Below, piece by piece: positions 23,263 to 36,430 of a stretch of DNA of 64,000 nt (its first letter is position 1; each line of letters begins with the position of its first letter). Where the stretch lies: positions 12,526,001 to 12,590,000 of the forward strand of contig CM052832.1 of NCBI GenBank assembly GCA_028534125.1, read 5' to 3'. A program made the translations under genes and the position numbers. The notes below the pieces were generated by a model. The model was given only the letters and a program-made list of their open reading frames with translations. It did no database searches and was not told the DNA's origin. The DNA is from Lama glama. Its lineage: Eukaryota.

Positions 23263-25559
23263 GCTCAGGGGAGGGTCAGGCAGAGTGGCCTTGGTGGACC
23301 CAGACCAGGACCTTTAACCCTCTTAGCTTACCAGCCCTCCTGGGCCCACTCCCAACCCCTCTGGGCAGTGAGGGGTTCAGGCAGCTGTAGGCTCAAAGAA
23401 AGCCCTGTTCATGCTGCAAACTGCCCACCCCTTCCAGAGTCCAGGACATCTCCTCCCCTCCCCTTTCACTGTGTGAATGTGTAAAGAATCCCTTCTTCCT
23501 TCCTTCCCCCTTCACCTTGCCCTTTCCCCTCTGGCCTCTCAGGCTCTCCGTCCAGCTCCTCCTCACTGTGCCTGCTCTCTGGAGATTTCCACCTCCTGTT
23601 AGTTATTCCTGGTGACTTTCCCTCAGTGCTCTTGATGGAAAACTTATCAACTTCAATGCCCTTGTGCCTCAATCACTTAATTTGCACCTGCTTCTCACTT
23701 GATGGGTTCAGAGGGCCCAGCCAGCCCTGGAGTGGGAGTGGGCGTAGGGTGGGAAGAAGGACCTGATCCATCATCTCACCTCATGGAAGAAACCTGCAGC
23801 TGCCAGTCATGCCTGCCTCTGAGGGCAGCGCAGAGGGAACCTTGAAAGGGCATCCTGTCTGCCCCCCTGCCTCCCACTAGGCCATGCTGGAATGTAGAGA
23901 GGCATTTCCATGCTCCTAGGAAGGGTGGCATGGCTTTCTGAACCCCCAGGCCCGCCCCCAGCACCTGTCTGAGAGGGAAAATTCTTCCCAGAGTCTTTGC
24001 CACAATGGGGGCGGAGAAGAGAGTCAGTATTTGCCGAGTCCCTATGGGATAACTGGCAGTGTTCAGGAACTAGAAAATGAAGTGCATGTGGAGGGGGGCA
24101 GGAGGCAGGACCCCTTCAGAGAAGCCACCTTCTAAAAGCCCCTTCCTGAATGTGCCCTTCCTGCCAGCAAAGGGAGGTCTGTACACCTGGCAGGCCTGGG
24201 TAGAGAGCTCCACCTCTGAGTCATTCTCTGGGAAGGTGGGAAGCCCTGTAGCAGGATGGTGAGGGAGGCCAGAGGGTAGAGAGAAGAGGCAAATGCCCCG
24301 ACCTTCACCCCAGGGGCCTGAGAGCAGTGACACTGGACCCCACACTCTGACCCTCTGTACTGGTGGACATGGGTAGCAACGGGGAACCAGGCAGTTCTGA
24401 GTGGAGGACAGCAGGAAGTGGTCCCCTGACATCCCCATGTTGCCCCCACCCCCACACTCCTACACCGGCTCCCTCGAGTGCTGGCTCCAGGAGGAGAGCG
24501 GAGGCTTCACAGTCCTACAGAGTAACACCCAGAGGCAGACGTTGTTGTTGGGGGCGGCAGTGGTAATGTTTGTCCCTCATCTGGCCCAGGGACTCTCTCC
24601 TCTTCCCAGTTTCCTCCATCGCTCTTCCTTCCCTTAGAGGAGAAGCCAGGAGGTCAAGAGGAGGGAACTGGGAGATCTGAGGCTCTGAGCTGTGATGACA
24701 GCTAGGACTTCTGTATGGAGTTCCCTCACCGGCAAAATGGGGATTATCTGGCCTGCCTCCTGGGGTCGTGGTGAGAACTGGATGAGAATGTTGAAGGGCT
24801 CTGGGGACTTTGAAAAGCAATGCAAGTGTGAGGCCTGGAGTGCACAGCCTCCCGGGAGGACTGCTCTGCATGCTCATGTAGACGGAGACGTTAGCGTGCG
24901 CTTGCTAACCCTGCCCTTCTTCTACACCCTGACTCCGTATTCTGAGAACTCAGTTACACACGGGTGCCTGCACTATTGGTTACTCCCCTCAACACCCCCA
25001 CCTCTGGGACAAAGACCCCCATTTCCCAGTCTTTTCTCCCTGCCCAATCCACACTTCCCCATCAACAGTGTCCTTTATGACATTGCTAGAATGGCTGAGA
25101 ATCAGACCCCTACCTCCCAGGAGACTCTCCGCAGTGTGAGAAGAAGCATCAGCTTTCCAGCGTACCCCTCTGCAGTGGCATAGACATTGCTGGCTGCCCC
25201 TGACCTTCAGGCAGTACCAGGATCCTCTTTCAGTTCTCCTGTCTGCTCCCTCCACCTCCAGCCTCAGTCCTCCCAGCTTGCTGCCAGGCTGGAAGGCTGG
25301 CTATCTCTGCAGCCCCGAGGGGGGATCAGGTGTGTAGCGGCTATGGCCCAGCTCCTCCCTGGGGCCTGGGAGGAATCAAGCAACTTCTCTTCCCTTTTTC
25401 GACTCAGCAACCTGAGCCCCCATCTCTCAAACTGGAGCAGAGAAATGCACAACTGGGGAAGGGCCTGCAGAACTCAGCTGGATTCTGAGCAGCTGAAGGC
25501 CCAGGATGCCTGGAGGGGCTGGGCCTAAGGCTGGGAGGGGTGGGCAAGAAGGAAAAATA

Positions 25560-26295
25560 GGGCCTGGATTAGGATGCCTCACTCAGCTCAAGCATAACAT
25601 TTAAGGGGTGCCAAAAATTCAGTAATCAAGAGAGATAATATTTTCATGAAATATTTTTAAAAAATCAAAATTAATGCAAAACAAAATCCATTACTGTGTT
25701 AGGCAGAGTACTGCCCCCTGTCAAGAGGTCTGTGTCCGAATCTCCAGAACCTGTGATTATGTTAAATTATACGGCAAAGGGTAATTAGGGTTGCAAATAG
25801 AATTAAGACTGTTAATCAGCTGACATTAAGATAGAGAGATTATCCTTGGTTGTCCTCGAGGGACCAATGTAGTCACAAGGGTCCTTAAAAGTGGAAGAGA
25901 GAGGCAGAAGAGCCAGAATCAGGGAAGGAAATGTAGTGACAGAAGCAGAGTCAGAATGATGAGATGTGCTGTGGTGTGATGTGCTTGTTGCGGTGAAGAT
26001 TCTGCTGGCTTTGAAGATGGAATGGGGCTATGAGCCAAGGAATGTGGGTAGCCTCTAAAACCTGGAAAACGTAAGAAAACAGATTCTCCCCAAAGCCTCC
26101 AGAAAGGAATGAAGTCCTGCTGACACCTTGGTTTTAGCTCAGTGAGTCTGGTGTCACACTCTGTCCTACAGAAATATGAAATAATAAATTTGTGTTGTTT
26201 TAAGCCATTAAGTTTGTGGTATTTTGATACAGTTGCAATAGGAAACTAATACAATCAACCAAACATCAACATTTAAAATAAAAACAGTATCAGGA
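25560..26295 (+). mobile_element. MER96B-like hAT element, split by an MLT1 insertion
   Basis: atttaaggggtgccaaaaattcagtaatcaag...aaaatcaaaattaatgcaaaa (25560-25694) resumes after the LTR as aacatcaacatttaaaataaaaacag (26254-26295). Confidence 0.7.
25695..26253 (+). mobile_element. MaLR solo LTR (MLT1D-like)
   Basis: TG...CA ends; gaacctgtgattatgtta, ctggctttgaagatgga, ctgctgacaccttg, aataaatttgtgttgttttaagcc, ggaaactaataca. Confidence 0.9.
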
Positions 26296-26299
26296 GACT

Positions 26300-28400
26300 C
26301 TAGGCTACTGGCAGAGGATATAAAGATATATTTGTTGAGACTTGCATGTCCGAAAATGTCTTTGTTGTACCTTCCGTTTGGTTGGTAGTTTTGCTGAGTT
26401 TACAATTCTGAATAGAAAACCATGTTCCTCAGATTCATTGTATTCTAGCTTCTACTGGTATGTTTGAAATCTGAGTCCACTCTGATTCCATTTTCTTTGC
26501 AAATGATCTGTTCTTTTTTTTTTTCTTTCTGTAAGCTTTTAGAGTTTCTTTTTTATCACTAGTGTTTTGAATATTCACAATGATGTGGTTTTTCAGGGGT
26601 CATTTTCTATTCATTGTTCTGAATAATATCAAGCATATCTTTTAGTCCTGGGAAATTTGCTTATATTATATCTCTGTTTCTCCCCCTCTCCCCCATACTC
26701 TGTTTCCTTTTTCTGATACTCCTATGAGTCATCTGTTGGATCTTCTCAATTGATTTTTGAATTTTCTTGATTTTTCTCTCCCATTTTCTCATTCTTTGTC
26801 TTTTTGTTCTGCCTTGTAGGAGATTTCCACAACTTTATTTTTAAACTTATGTTAAATTTAAGCAGTTATTCTTTAAGTTGTTTTTCATTTCTAAGAGCAC
26901 TTGTTTTCTGAATGTTTCCTTTTATAGCATTTTATATTTCTATTTCATGAATACAATATACTCTTTCTGAAATAATTTTATATTGCTTCTTACTCAGTTT
27001 TCATCTGTCTCCTGATTTCCATTTTCTCAGATTTTCACTTTTCTGTTTTTCTGTTTGGTCTCTGTCTTTCAGGTTAGAGACTTTCTGTATACATGTGGTG
27101 ATCTGCTGTCTGTTCATATTTAAAAGTGAGTTATTAAGAGAACATTTGACAGCTCCATGGGAGACCTGTCAACTACTGGTCCTCATGAAAGGGTGATCAG
27201 GTGGGGACCTAGCTGCTTCATTAATAGATACCCAGTGTCAGTTTACGTAGACCTCTCTTGAGCCAGTCAGTTTCTCTAGGAAAGATCTCTAGTCTCCCCT
27301 TGGGGATATGAACCTGACTGCCAGCATGCTGAAACCTGAATGGGGAGGAGAGCTACAGTCCCACTGTTCAGAGGACAGACTTTTCCGGTAAAATACCTGT
27401 AGTGAGTTGTTTGATGGTCCCTCAAAGCATGCCCATGTTGTAATTCCTAGAACCTGTTAATGTGAACATATTTGGAAAGAGGATCTGTGTAGATGTAAGT
27501 AAGTTAAAAATCTTCAGATGAGGTCATCCTGGACTATCAAAGTGGGTTCTAAATCCAATGACAACTGTCCTATAAGTGACATACAGAAGAGAGACACAGA
27601 GAAGAGGAGAAGTCCATGTAAAGATAGACACAGAGATTGGAGTGATGCAGCCACAAGCCAAGGAACACCTGGAGCCACTAGAAGCTAGAAAAGGCAAAAC
27701 AGATTCTTCCCTAGAGCTTTGGGAGGGAGCACAGTCCTGCTGACACCTTGATTTCATACTTCAGGCCTCCAGAGATGTGACAGAATAAATTTCTATTGTT
27801 TTAAGACACCCAATATTGTTTCTATTGTCCTGTGGTAATTTATTCCAGCAGCTCTAGGAAACTTATGTAGTACCTTACTTCTAGCTGGCCTGTTATCCCT
27901 GAAACCAGAGGCCCTTTCGTTGAACCTCTCCTGGGAATAAGCCTCCAATCTTCTGCTGGAGTGAGGACAAACTAATTGACCAAGATCTGAGAGGACACCC
28001 AAGGCTCTAATTGCTCCTACAGAGGAGCAACTAGATCTTTTAAACCAATCTTCCAGTTTTCAGCCTCACCCCTCCCTCCCACCTTCAATGGTACTTGGTG
28101 TCTTCCATGTCCAAGGCTTACTGAGGTTCTGAGGTGTGAATGACGTAGTTTCTTACTGGCATACCCCTTCCAACTTGTGGGCTTAAAAATGCTGGTTTTT
28201 TTACGTAAAAATCTATAACCATGCATTCATCAGTTTTCCAACCTCCAAAATTTTTATGACATCTCTCATCTGCTATCAGTTTTTCTTCATTCTCTTTTTG
28301 TGGGTTTTGCTTTAAAAAACCTTTAACCATCATTTAGTGGTGTTTTAGGAAGGAACAGAGAAAAATGTGTACATTCAATTATTTTGTTTAATCAGAAGAT
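26300..28400 (-). mobile_element. HAL1/ancient L1 5' end and ORF1 remnant, interrupted by an MLT1 LTR
   Basis: T-rich antisense ORF1-like sequence (gaaaatgtctttg...); right end catttagtggtgttttaggaagg...ttcaatt...tttaatcagaag resembles the recalled HAL1 5' terminus. Confidence 0.6.
27398..27869 (+). mobile_element. MaLR solo LTR (MLT1B/C-like)
   Basis: taaatccaatgacaactgtcctata, gattggagtgatgcagccacaagccaagga, ctgctgacaccttgattt; 5-bp TSD atacc (27393-27397) / gtacc (27870-27874). Confidence 0.9.
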
Positions 28401-28929
28401 TCATATTATTAACAGGATCAGGTGATTCATATTCTTTAATTATTTGAATTTGATTGCTGTTAAGTCATGCACTCCAGCTTGCCACAGGCCTCACCACTCT
28501 CTGCAGTCCTATACCTGGTCTGATTTGCATATTTCTGTCTCCCACTTGGCTTCCTCCTGTAGGCATCTACATTTATCACTGGTTCAGAAAAGCTTCAGAG
28601 ATCAGAACTCCAGAGAACTGTAGTGAAGGGGGTGGTATTTGGTGAGACTAATTTTCTTCACTTAAAAAACCCTGGAACTGGGCTGGAGAAGTAGAAAAAA
28701 ATCAGAGTTAGAAAACTGGGGTAGGAGAGGAAGGACTTAAGAATGGCTCACTTTGGCTTACGTGAATTTCTGATTCCTTGGTTGTATAACCCACTGGCCC
28801 CTGTCTGGTTTGTTTTTTTTTTTTAAATCCCTCTGACTCAATTTTTTCCATTTGGCTAATAGGCACAATCATCTATACCCAGTGGAGTGAAGTTGGAATG
28901 GTGAGATAAGTCATAAAAAACCTTAACAG

Positions 28930-29343
28930 CCATAAAAAAGGATGACATTCTGCCATTTGCAGTAATATGGAGGGACCTAGAGAATATTATGCTTAGTGAA
29001 ATAAGTCAGAGAAAGACAAATACTATGATATCACTTATATGTGGAATCTAAAAAACAATGGAAACAAATGTATATGAAAGACAGAAACAGATTCATAGAT
29101 ATAGAAAATAAACTAGCGGTTACTAAAGGGGAGGGGTGAGGAGGGGTGAAGTGGGGGTATAAGATTAAGAAATACAAACTACTATGCATAAAATAGATGA
29201 GCAACAAGGATTTACTGTATAGCACAGGGAATTATAGCAATTATTTGGTAATAACTTACTGAAGTTTAATATGTAAAAATACTGAATCACTATACTGTAC
29301 ATGAGAAACAAATATATTATAAATCAACTATACTTCATTTTTT
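28930..29343 (+). mobile_element. 5'-truncated artiodactyl-type L1 3' end
   Basis: tgccatttgcag...ggacctagagaatattatgcttagtgaaataagtcag...tactgtatagcacagggaa...aaatcaactatacttca; degenerate TSD aaaaaaccttaacag / aaaaagcctcagcag. Confidence 0.92.
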
Positions 29344-31217
29344 AAAAAGCCTCAGCAGAAAGAAAGCTGGGAGCTTTGCTATTTTCACTTTTATCTGTAT
29401 CGTTACAAGTTATTTTGATCAATGTTGAATTGTATTACACAGATACATTTGCTCCTCTCCTTTAGAACTTCCTGGGCCCCATTGGCCTGGATCACTGTCT
29501 GTAGGAGGAAGAAATCTTGATACTAAGAGACAATGGTTTAGGAGTCCTGTTTTAATAATTGGAGCTTCCCAGCTGGGAGAACTGAACACCACACTCTGGG
29601 TACCTCGGCAATCCTTACAGCACCCTGCCTCCAGTTTTGGAGGATGTGGGGATTTTCAGCTACTGGAGAGACAAAAAGCTTTAAGAAGGATTCTGGGAGG
29701 AGCTAGAGATGCAGAGGTGGTTGAGGCTCAAGGCTGTGGTGGGGCTTTGAAGGGGATGCTGAGCAGGTGCTGTGTGTGAGGAAGGAGGGAGGGAGCTGAA
29801 ACTGGTTACATTCTCCAGTGAGAGCCAACATTGGTGAAACATTCAACCTCTCCTCCTTCTTCCCTTCCTCTCCTCCCTAAAGCCACAGGGGCCCCAGCCA
29901 GACCTTCAGACAGTGTATAAGTTCTGGTCAGTCAGGGCTATTGGCTGGATAGTGTAGAATGGCTGCATCTCAACATTCTCTGTCCTCCCAGGAGGCTGGG
30001 ACCCAGGGCCCAGTATTTCAGGCCACAGCACCTTTCTCCACATCAGCCAGGAGCAGCCGCCTTCTCACTACCCATCAGGGCTGGTGCCCCGTGGCTCTGG
30101 CCCTAGGCAAGGGGAAGGGAAGAGCAGAATCTGACAGCCCCCAAGCCCGGCCACTTCTTCCTCTTCTCTCATGGCCTCCCCTCTTCCCTCCCCTCAGCCA
30201 TCCCCCAGGAAGCAGCAGACACAATCAGCAACTTTTTTTTAAATAAAAAGGCACTTTAGGGCTTTTAGGGAGGAGGCTGAGGCCCATTAAGACACAAATT
30301 AAACCTTTGTGGGAAAAGCCAGAGTGCAGATTCCCTGTGTGAGGAAGGCCCCTCACTGGCTGGCTGCTCCCAGCCCCAGGCTTCCACTTGACCTGGGGCC
30401 CCACCTCCCTCCCTCCCTCCTCCTAGGATTAAAGTGCATCTTAGTGGTTGAAGGAGAATTAATCAGTCTTGGTGTTAAGTGGGTTATACATCAGGGCTGG
30501 AGGGGGGTTGGAGGAGAGAGAAAGAAGCATGTAATAGAGTCATGGAGTGAGGGGAGGGGCAGAGGAGGGGGAAGGACCCTCTCACCAATCGTAGGAAGGA
30601 ACGGCTATTGTTTTCCCCCATTTTACAGGTAGGGAAAACCGAGATTCTGAGAGGAAACACGACCAAGGTCGAGCTGCTAATGTCAGTTGGGATTTGGATG
30701 TCTTTCTAGAGGACTGGGAAGGAGGGAAGAGAAATGTAGACACACAATGTTCCCTGCCCTCCATTCCTGCCCTTCTCACCCCCAGGGCATTTCTCTGCTG
30801 TCATTTCAGGAGCCAGGAAATCTTTCTAACTGGACTTTTCCTGTGACTGGTCACTCTTGAGGGTCCCACAGAGAGGTGTGCTTTGTTTGGGCCATGGCAC
30901 CAGGGTACCAGGCAGTCTATCCAGTTAACATTTTGGGAACCATGTGAGGCCAGCCGAGGGGGTTGTTCATCCAGATTTGGACAAAGAGGGAGAGGCGGGG
31001 ACTGAAAGAGCCCAGGCCTGGCAGGCTCCACAGTGAGGGAGTTGGGAGCCAGTGGGTGAGGGCAGCGGGGGAGGGGCTGTCATCTGCCTCCTCACACTTG
31101 CACAGGTGCTGACCTGTCACTCACTCATTCACTCAGCAAATGTTTATTTGGCACCTGCCGTGCAGCTGGTGGGGGGCTAAGTGCTTCTGTTAGGGAGCAA
31201 TAAGGATGAGAATAATG

Positions 31218-31395
31218 CCGTATTTCATCTTTCTAAGAAGCACACTTTACCCACAATTTCACCATTTCTGAAATCGGGATGCGTCTTACAAGCAGTGAGT
31301 GTTACAGTTATTGTCAGCAGTGTTTTATTTTTCCTAGAAGTGCATAAAGTCATGGTGTATCCGAACCATGACAGCTCAGATTTGATGAAATTTGG
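31218..31395 (+). mobile_element. MER104 (TcMar-Tc2 MITE)
   Basis: TIRs ccgtatttcatc...gatgaaatttgg; internal tctgaaatcgggatgcgtcttacaa. Confidence 0.85.
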
Positions 31396-31399
31396 TAAC

Positions 31400-31545
31400 A
31401 GCTACGCTTACAGTACTTCCTACTTGCCAGGCAGTTCTAACTGCTTTACATGAATTGACACAATAGCTCTTCCCAACCTCCCTGAGGTAGGAATTTTTCT
31501 GCTCCCACTTTAGAGATGGGAAAACTGAGGCACAGAGAGGCGAAT
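31400..31545 (-). mobile_element. MIR SINE
   Basis: cccactttagagatgggaaaactgaggcacagagagg. Confidence 0.8.
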
Positions 31546-32434
31546 TCTCATCTCTCCCTCAAGGAGTGGACAGCCCCTTGGGCTGCCTTGTAAAGTCAAT
31601 GCCAGGCTTGTAACCACAGCAGAGCTGTGTGCAGGGCAACAAAGAGACTCCAGAGCAGGGAGCTCACCCTGGAAAACTCCCACCCAGAGCCACTGTGAGG
31701 GCCTCCCTTCTGGTGGAAGAGACCGCCCCTATCCTAGCCCCCAGTGCCCTCTCCTCTGTGTGTGGTGGACAGTGATCAGTCACGGCAGCAGCTGCCACTC
31801 CTATCAGCCGGACAGCTATCAGTTCAGTCCAGGCCATGGGGATGGGGTGGATGGGATGGAGAGAAGAGGTAGGGGGCGTGGGGTGGGAAACCACAGAGAC
31901 GCTCAGAGCTGGAGGTATAGTGCTTCGTTATCCTGGCGCCTCCCTGGACTAGACACATGGATGTTTCTCAGGGTTTGCATCCTCTTTTTCCTGGTCTGTC
32001 TCAGGCTGGGAAGGCACTTGCTCTTGGGGAAGGTTTACAGTAGTGGGAGGAAAGGGAGAGAATTTACCAGAAATTATGCCCCTTTCCCTCACCATCCTTA
32101 TTCCAAAGCAGGCCAGAAACCACAGTGGGAGACAGTGGGCCTGTGGTGTCTCCCTCCACCCACACTGAGATTTGTGACTCTAGGCAAATCTCTGTGTCTC
32201 TAGGCCTCAGTTTCTCTACCTAGACAGTGGGATTAATTCTCCACAAGAGACCCTGGATGAGGATGGGTGTACCTAAGGAATGCTGATTCCAGGCCTTAAC
32301 AAAGGCCCCTGTGTCCTCTCTCTCCAGGCTATGCACTCCCACCCCAGTTCAGTCCTACCCCTTCCCCAGCCTGCCTCTGCCAAGTGATGGGGAATGAAGA
32401 GCTCACCTGCCAAGAGGAGCTGGGAGGGGCGCCG

Positions 32435-32934
32435 NNNNNNNNNNNNNNNNNNNNNNNNNNNNNNNNNNNNNNNNNNNNNNNNNNNNNNNNNNNNNNNNNN
32501 NNNNNNNNNNNNNNNNNNNNNNNNNNNNNNNNNNNNNNNNNNNNNNNNNNNNNNNNNNNNNNNNNNNNNNNNNNNNNNNNNNNNNNNNNNNNNNNNNNNN
32601 NNNNNNNNNNNNNNNNNNNNNNNNNNNNNNNNNNNNNNNNNNNNNNNNNNNNNNNNNNNNNNNNNNNNNNNNNNNNNNNNNNNNNNNNNNNNNNNNNNNN
32701 NNNNNNNNNNNNNNNNNNNNNNNNNNNNNNNNNNNNNNNNNNNNNNNNNNNNNNNNNNNNNNNNNNNNNNNNNNNNNNNNNNNNNNNNNNNNNNNNNNNN
32801 NNNNNNNNNNNNNNNNNNNNNNNNNNNNNNNNNNNNNNNNNNNNNNNNNNNNNNNNNNNNNNNNNNNNNNNNNNNNNNNNNNNNNNNNNNNNNNNNNNNN
32901 NNNNNNNNNNNNNNNNNNNNNNNNNNNNNNNNNN
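32435..32934. other. Assembly gap (500 N)
   Basis: Exactly 500 N. Confidence 0.99.
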
Positions 32935-33619
32935 ATCATAATTACATCATTCCCAGGTGAAACTGCTCTCTAAATACCCAGTTCCTCAAATGGCAGCCTC
33001 TGTGTATCTGCCCAGAGATGGACCTCCCCATCCTGGTCACCTAACCCAGGACAATGGCTTCTTTCTCCATCTCTCGCTGCCTGATCCAGTTTCTGTGAAA
33101 ACCCAAGTTTTTCACTGAGCAGAGACGGCAGAGTCACATCTCCAGGTCTCATTGTCCTATTAGGACAACATCAGTGTAAACATTAGTTATTCACAAACCC
33201 AATTACATTTTGATTGCTCTGACCCAAGTGAGATTGGGGTTACTCTCAATCCACATTTATTTTTTGGCACAAGCTTCCTGAGATGCAGGGAGAAGAAAAC
33301 AACTTCCCTCCTCCTCCACTGTACCTGGGCAGGAATCTCCCAGGTTCCCTAATTTCTTCTCCTTCCCTGCTCCAGAATGCAACCACACCTGGGCACTTCG
33401 TCATTAAATGGAGAGCAGGAGGGGCTGGGCCATGGAGAGAGGGGATCCCCAACACCTTTGGAATTTTGGTGTGAGTGAAAGGACCACCATCACTGGGGCA
33501 GTGGTTAGGGGAGGGTGGGAGGGGAAGCTGGGATGTCTCTGCCCAGCCAAGGAGATGAAGAGAGGAGCTGCCTGGATGTGGGGTGGGGGTGGCAAACTGG
33601 GATGCCATGCACCCACATT

Positions 33620-35000
33620 CCAGGCTATGTCCTTACATAACGTGTTCCAATCTTCCTGCCAAACCTGCTACTCCTAATGTCTTCCCATCTCAGTAAATCC
33701 TTCCAGTTCCTCAGGTTAAAACCGTTGGAATGGTCTATAGTTCCTTTCTTTTATCATTTGAATCTATTAGCAAATCCCGTTGGCTCTACTTCAAAATATA
33801 TCTAGAGTGCACCTGTTTGTCACCACTCCCATTCCTCCCACCCTGGTCTAAGCCACCACAGCTTCTTGCTTTAATAGTCATCATTATGGCCTCTTGACCA
33901 CAATAGTCCCTTAAGTGGTCTCCCCTTCCATTTTAGTCTACTCTCAATACTGCCGCCAGAGTGACCTCTTTAAATGTGTGTCCGATTAAGTCCCTTCACT
34001 GCTCCAAATGCTGCAAGGGGTCCCCCGTTTCGCTCAGAGCAACAGGCAAAGTCCTTAAAATCCCTGCAGACCCTAGCTGACCTGGCCTCCTACCTGCTCT
34101 CAGACTTGTCTCTACCACTCTCCCCGTCACTCACTCTGCATCAGCCACAAAGAAGCTGAGCACAGTCCTGTCTCTGGCTTTTGCACTTGCTGTTCTTGTG
34201 CCTGGGAAATTTTCCTCCCAGATAGCCACATGGCGTGTTCCCTTGTCTCCTTCAGACCTCTGCTCAAATGTCACCTTATCACCGAAGCCATCTCTATCTG
34301 TCAGGTCCCAGAAGAAAACAGATGGCACACTCAGATCCTTTGAGGAGAGTTTACAAAGAGGTGGGCAGAGTGTTTGGAAACCACAAAGGATAGTCCAGGA
34401 CCCTTAGGCTATGAACAGTGAGGGGCTGTGACCATCCCAAGGACAGACAACAGGGTGGGGAGGTCCGGCTGGAGGGAGGCAGCTGTTATAAAATCCACAG
34501 CACATAAAGGACTGAGTGGAAAGGGCAACCTGATGCGGGCTGAGATCCTTGGTGGAAGGATGCAGCCAGCCTAGGTACTCTCCCCCTTCCCTCTAATCGA
34601 CGGGGCTCCCCATCGGTCAGACTTAACAGAGGCCAGAGAGTGGGGGTGCCCAGGTGCTATAGTCCACATGGGTCAGCCCCATGGGGCACAGAACTGGGAG
34701 GAGAAGGACGGTAAGCGGGTCCAAAGAGGTAATGGGAAGACGGTCGGGTCATCACCCATGACTGCACTACTTGAATATCACTCCCAGCACCTTTTCCCTG
34801 CTTATTTTTCCGTATCCCACTTATCGACTTCTAAAATACCATATAAGTTGTGTTTGTTTATCTTCACCCATCAGATTCTAAGCTCCATGAGGACAGGGAT
34901 TTTGTCTGCTTTTGTCTGCTGATGTATCCCCAATATCTAGAAAGTGCCTGGCATATCATAAATGCTCAGTAAATATGTGACAAAGGAGTGAATGAGTGAA
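33620..35000 (+). mobile_element. L2 LINE 3' portion, split by an LTR
   Basis: cttcccatctcagtaaat...ggctctacttcaaaatata...ctgctcaaatgtcacct; 3' end aagctccatgaggacaggg...gtgcctggcata...gagtgaatgagtgaat. Confidence 0.85.
34295..34745 (-). mobile_element. ERVL LTR (LTR33-like) nested in L2
   Basis: gtcaggtcccagaagaaaacagatggcacactca...gaggagagttta...ctccccatcggtcagacttaacagaggccagag interrupts the L2. Confidence 0.6.
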
Positions 35001-36199
35001 TAAAAGAGGGAAGCAATGTGGGAAGGGCTGGGTGAGATCTAATGGGGCCCAAGATCCCTGGATTTCACCCTGGGAATTGCCATCCATAATGGAGAAAGAA
35101 TACATCTGTTGTTCAAGCAATTGGTAGTAACTGATGGTAATTTCAAGTAATTAAACACCAATTAATTCAATGAGTCAGTAATGTATTTATTTATGGTATC
35201 TGTGTTTATTCCCTTATAAATATTGGTATTACTTTTGTCAGGCAATTAAAATCCACTGGGGAAGTCACTGAGGTCCCCAGGTTACAGAGTGAGTGATGGG
35301 ACCAATGTTGGGTGAAGGCTGAGGATGGAGTGCACATGACATGAGGGTGGGCCAAAGCAGGCACTGCTAAGGGGTTTTGTGTGTGTTTGGCTGATGCTGG
35401 TCTGGGTTGGGGATTAAGAAGCTCATTCACAAAATCCTTTCCAATTTCTTGATGTCCTTTTCTACTCCCCTCCCCATGTCAGAAGTATTCTTTTTAGGTT
35501 GGAATAGATGAGTTCCTGGGGGTCACTGGGTCCTTCCCACCCCTGACTTCTTTTCTAAAAGAATAGCAGTGTCCTGAGCTCTTGGACTTCTGCCCTGAGC
35601 CGTTACCTTCCAGGCATGAGCCTAGCTAATTCTGGGCTAGACAGAAGATAGAGAAGGAGAGGAAAGGGGGATACCCTAGTCTGTAGACCCTGAAGGACCT
35701 AGAGCAAGACCTGAAGGGCTGAGAGGAGTTGTATGGCGGTGGGGATTAGAGCCTAAGGTCATAAAAGGCAAGTCTGGGGCCCTGGGGGGTCTCCATGACT
35801 TTGGGTCAGGCAGATGTGATACTGGTCCCACGGAAGGATGGTCATGGAAGGACACTGAGCAATGGCACCCAGAGAAGACACTGCCCTCATCTTTATAGAT
35901 TCTCAACCCACATTCCCCCAACACCCTTAAAGTAAAGGTGTCAAGCCTGAGGCCAAAATGTAAACTTCCCCTCCCCCACCATACTTTGCTTTTTAGATCT
36001 TCTGTGGCCAGTTGGGAAATTATACTTATGGGTTAGAAAACAACACAAAACAAACGGGCATATAGATAGCAGAGAAAGAAGCTGGTGCAGGGCTGGGTGT
36101 CTCAGAGGCTGCAGTATGTAAGAAATTTCCTCTCTCTTCACGAGTCCTCCACAACCACTGTCCCTTTCCCTATGCTTCTAAAGTGTCAGCGGGGAGGCA

Positions 36200-36430
36200 T
36201 CAAGACATAGGCTCCAAGACACAGACGACACGGGGTCAGAGTCCTGCTGATTCTACCACTTCCTCGCTCTGTGATGTGTTAGGCAACTTACTTTACATCT
36301 TTGAGCCTCAGTTTTCTCACCTGTGAAATGGGGATAAAACAGTACCTGTCCCGTAGCGTTGTTATAATGTTTAAATGCACTGATACACATAAAGCACTTA
36401 GCCCATGTAGCCTGGTAGGCAGGAAGTACT
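36200..36430 (+). mobile_element. MIR SINE
   Basis: tgagcctcagttttctcacctgtgaaatgggataaaacagtacct. Confidence 0.85.

Noticed and set aside
24401..25183. ORFs including ECWLQEESGGFTVLQ, faintly like the fibrinogen-domain GGWTVIQ motif
   Set aside because: Key residues are missing, there is no convincing exon context and no other domain exons are seen
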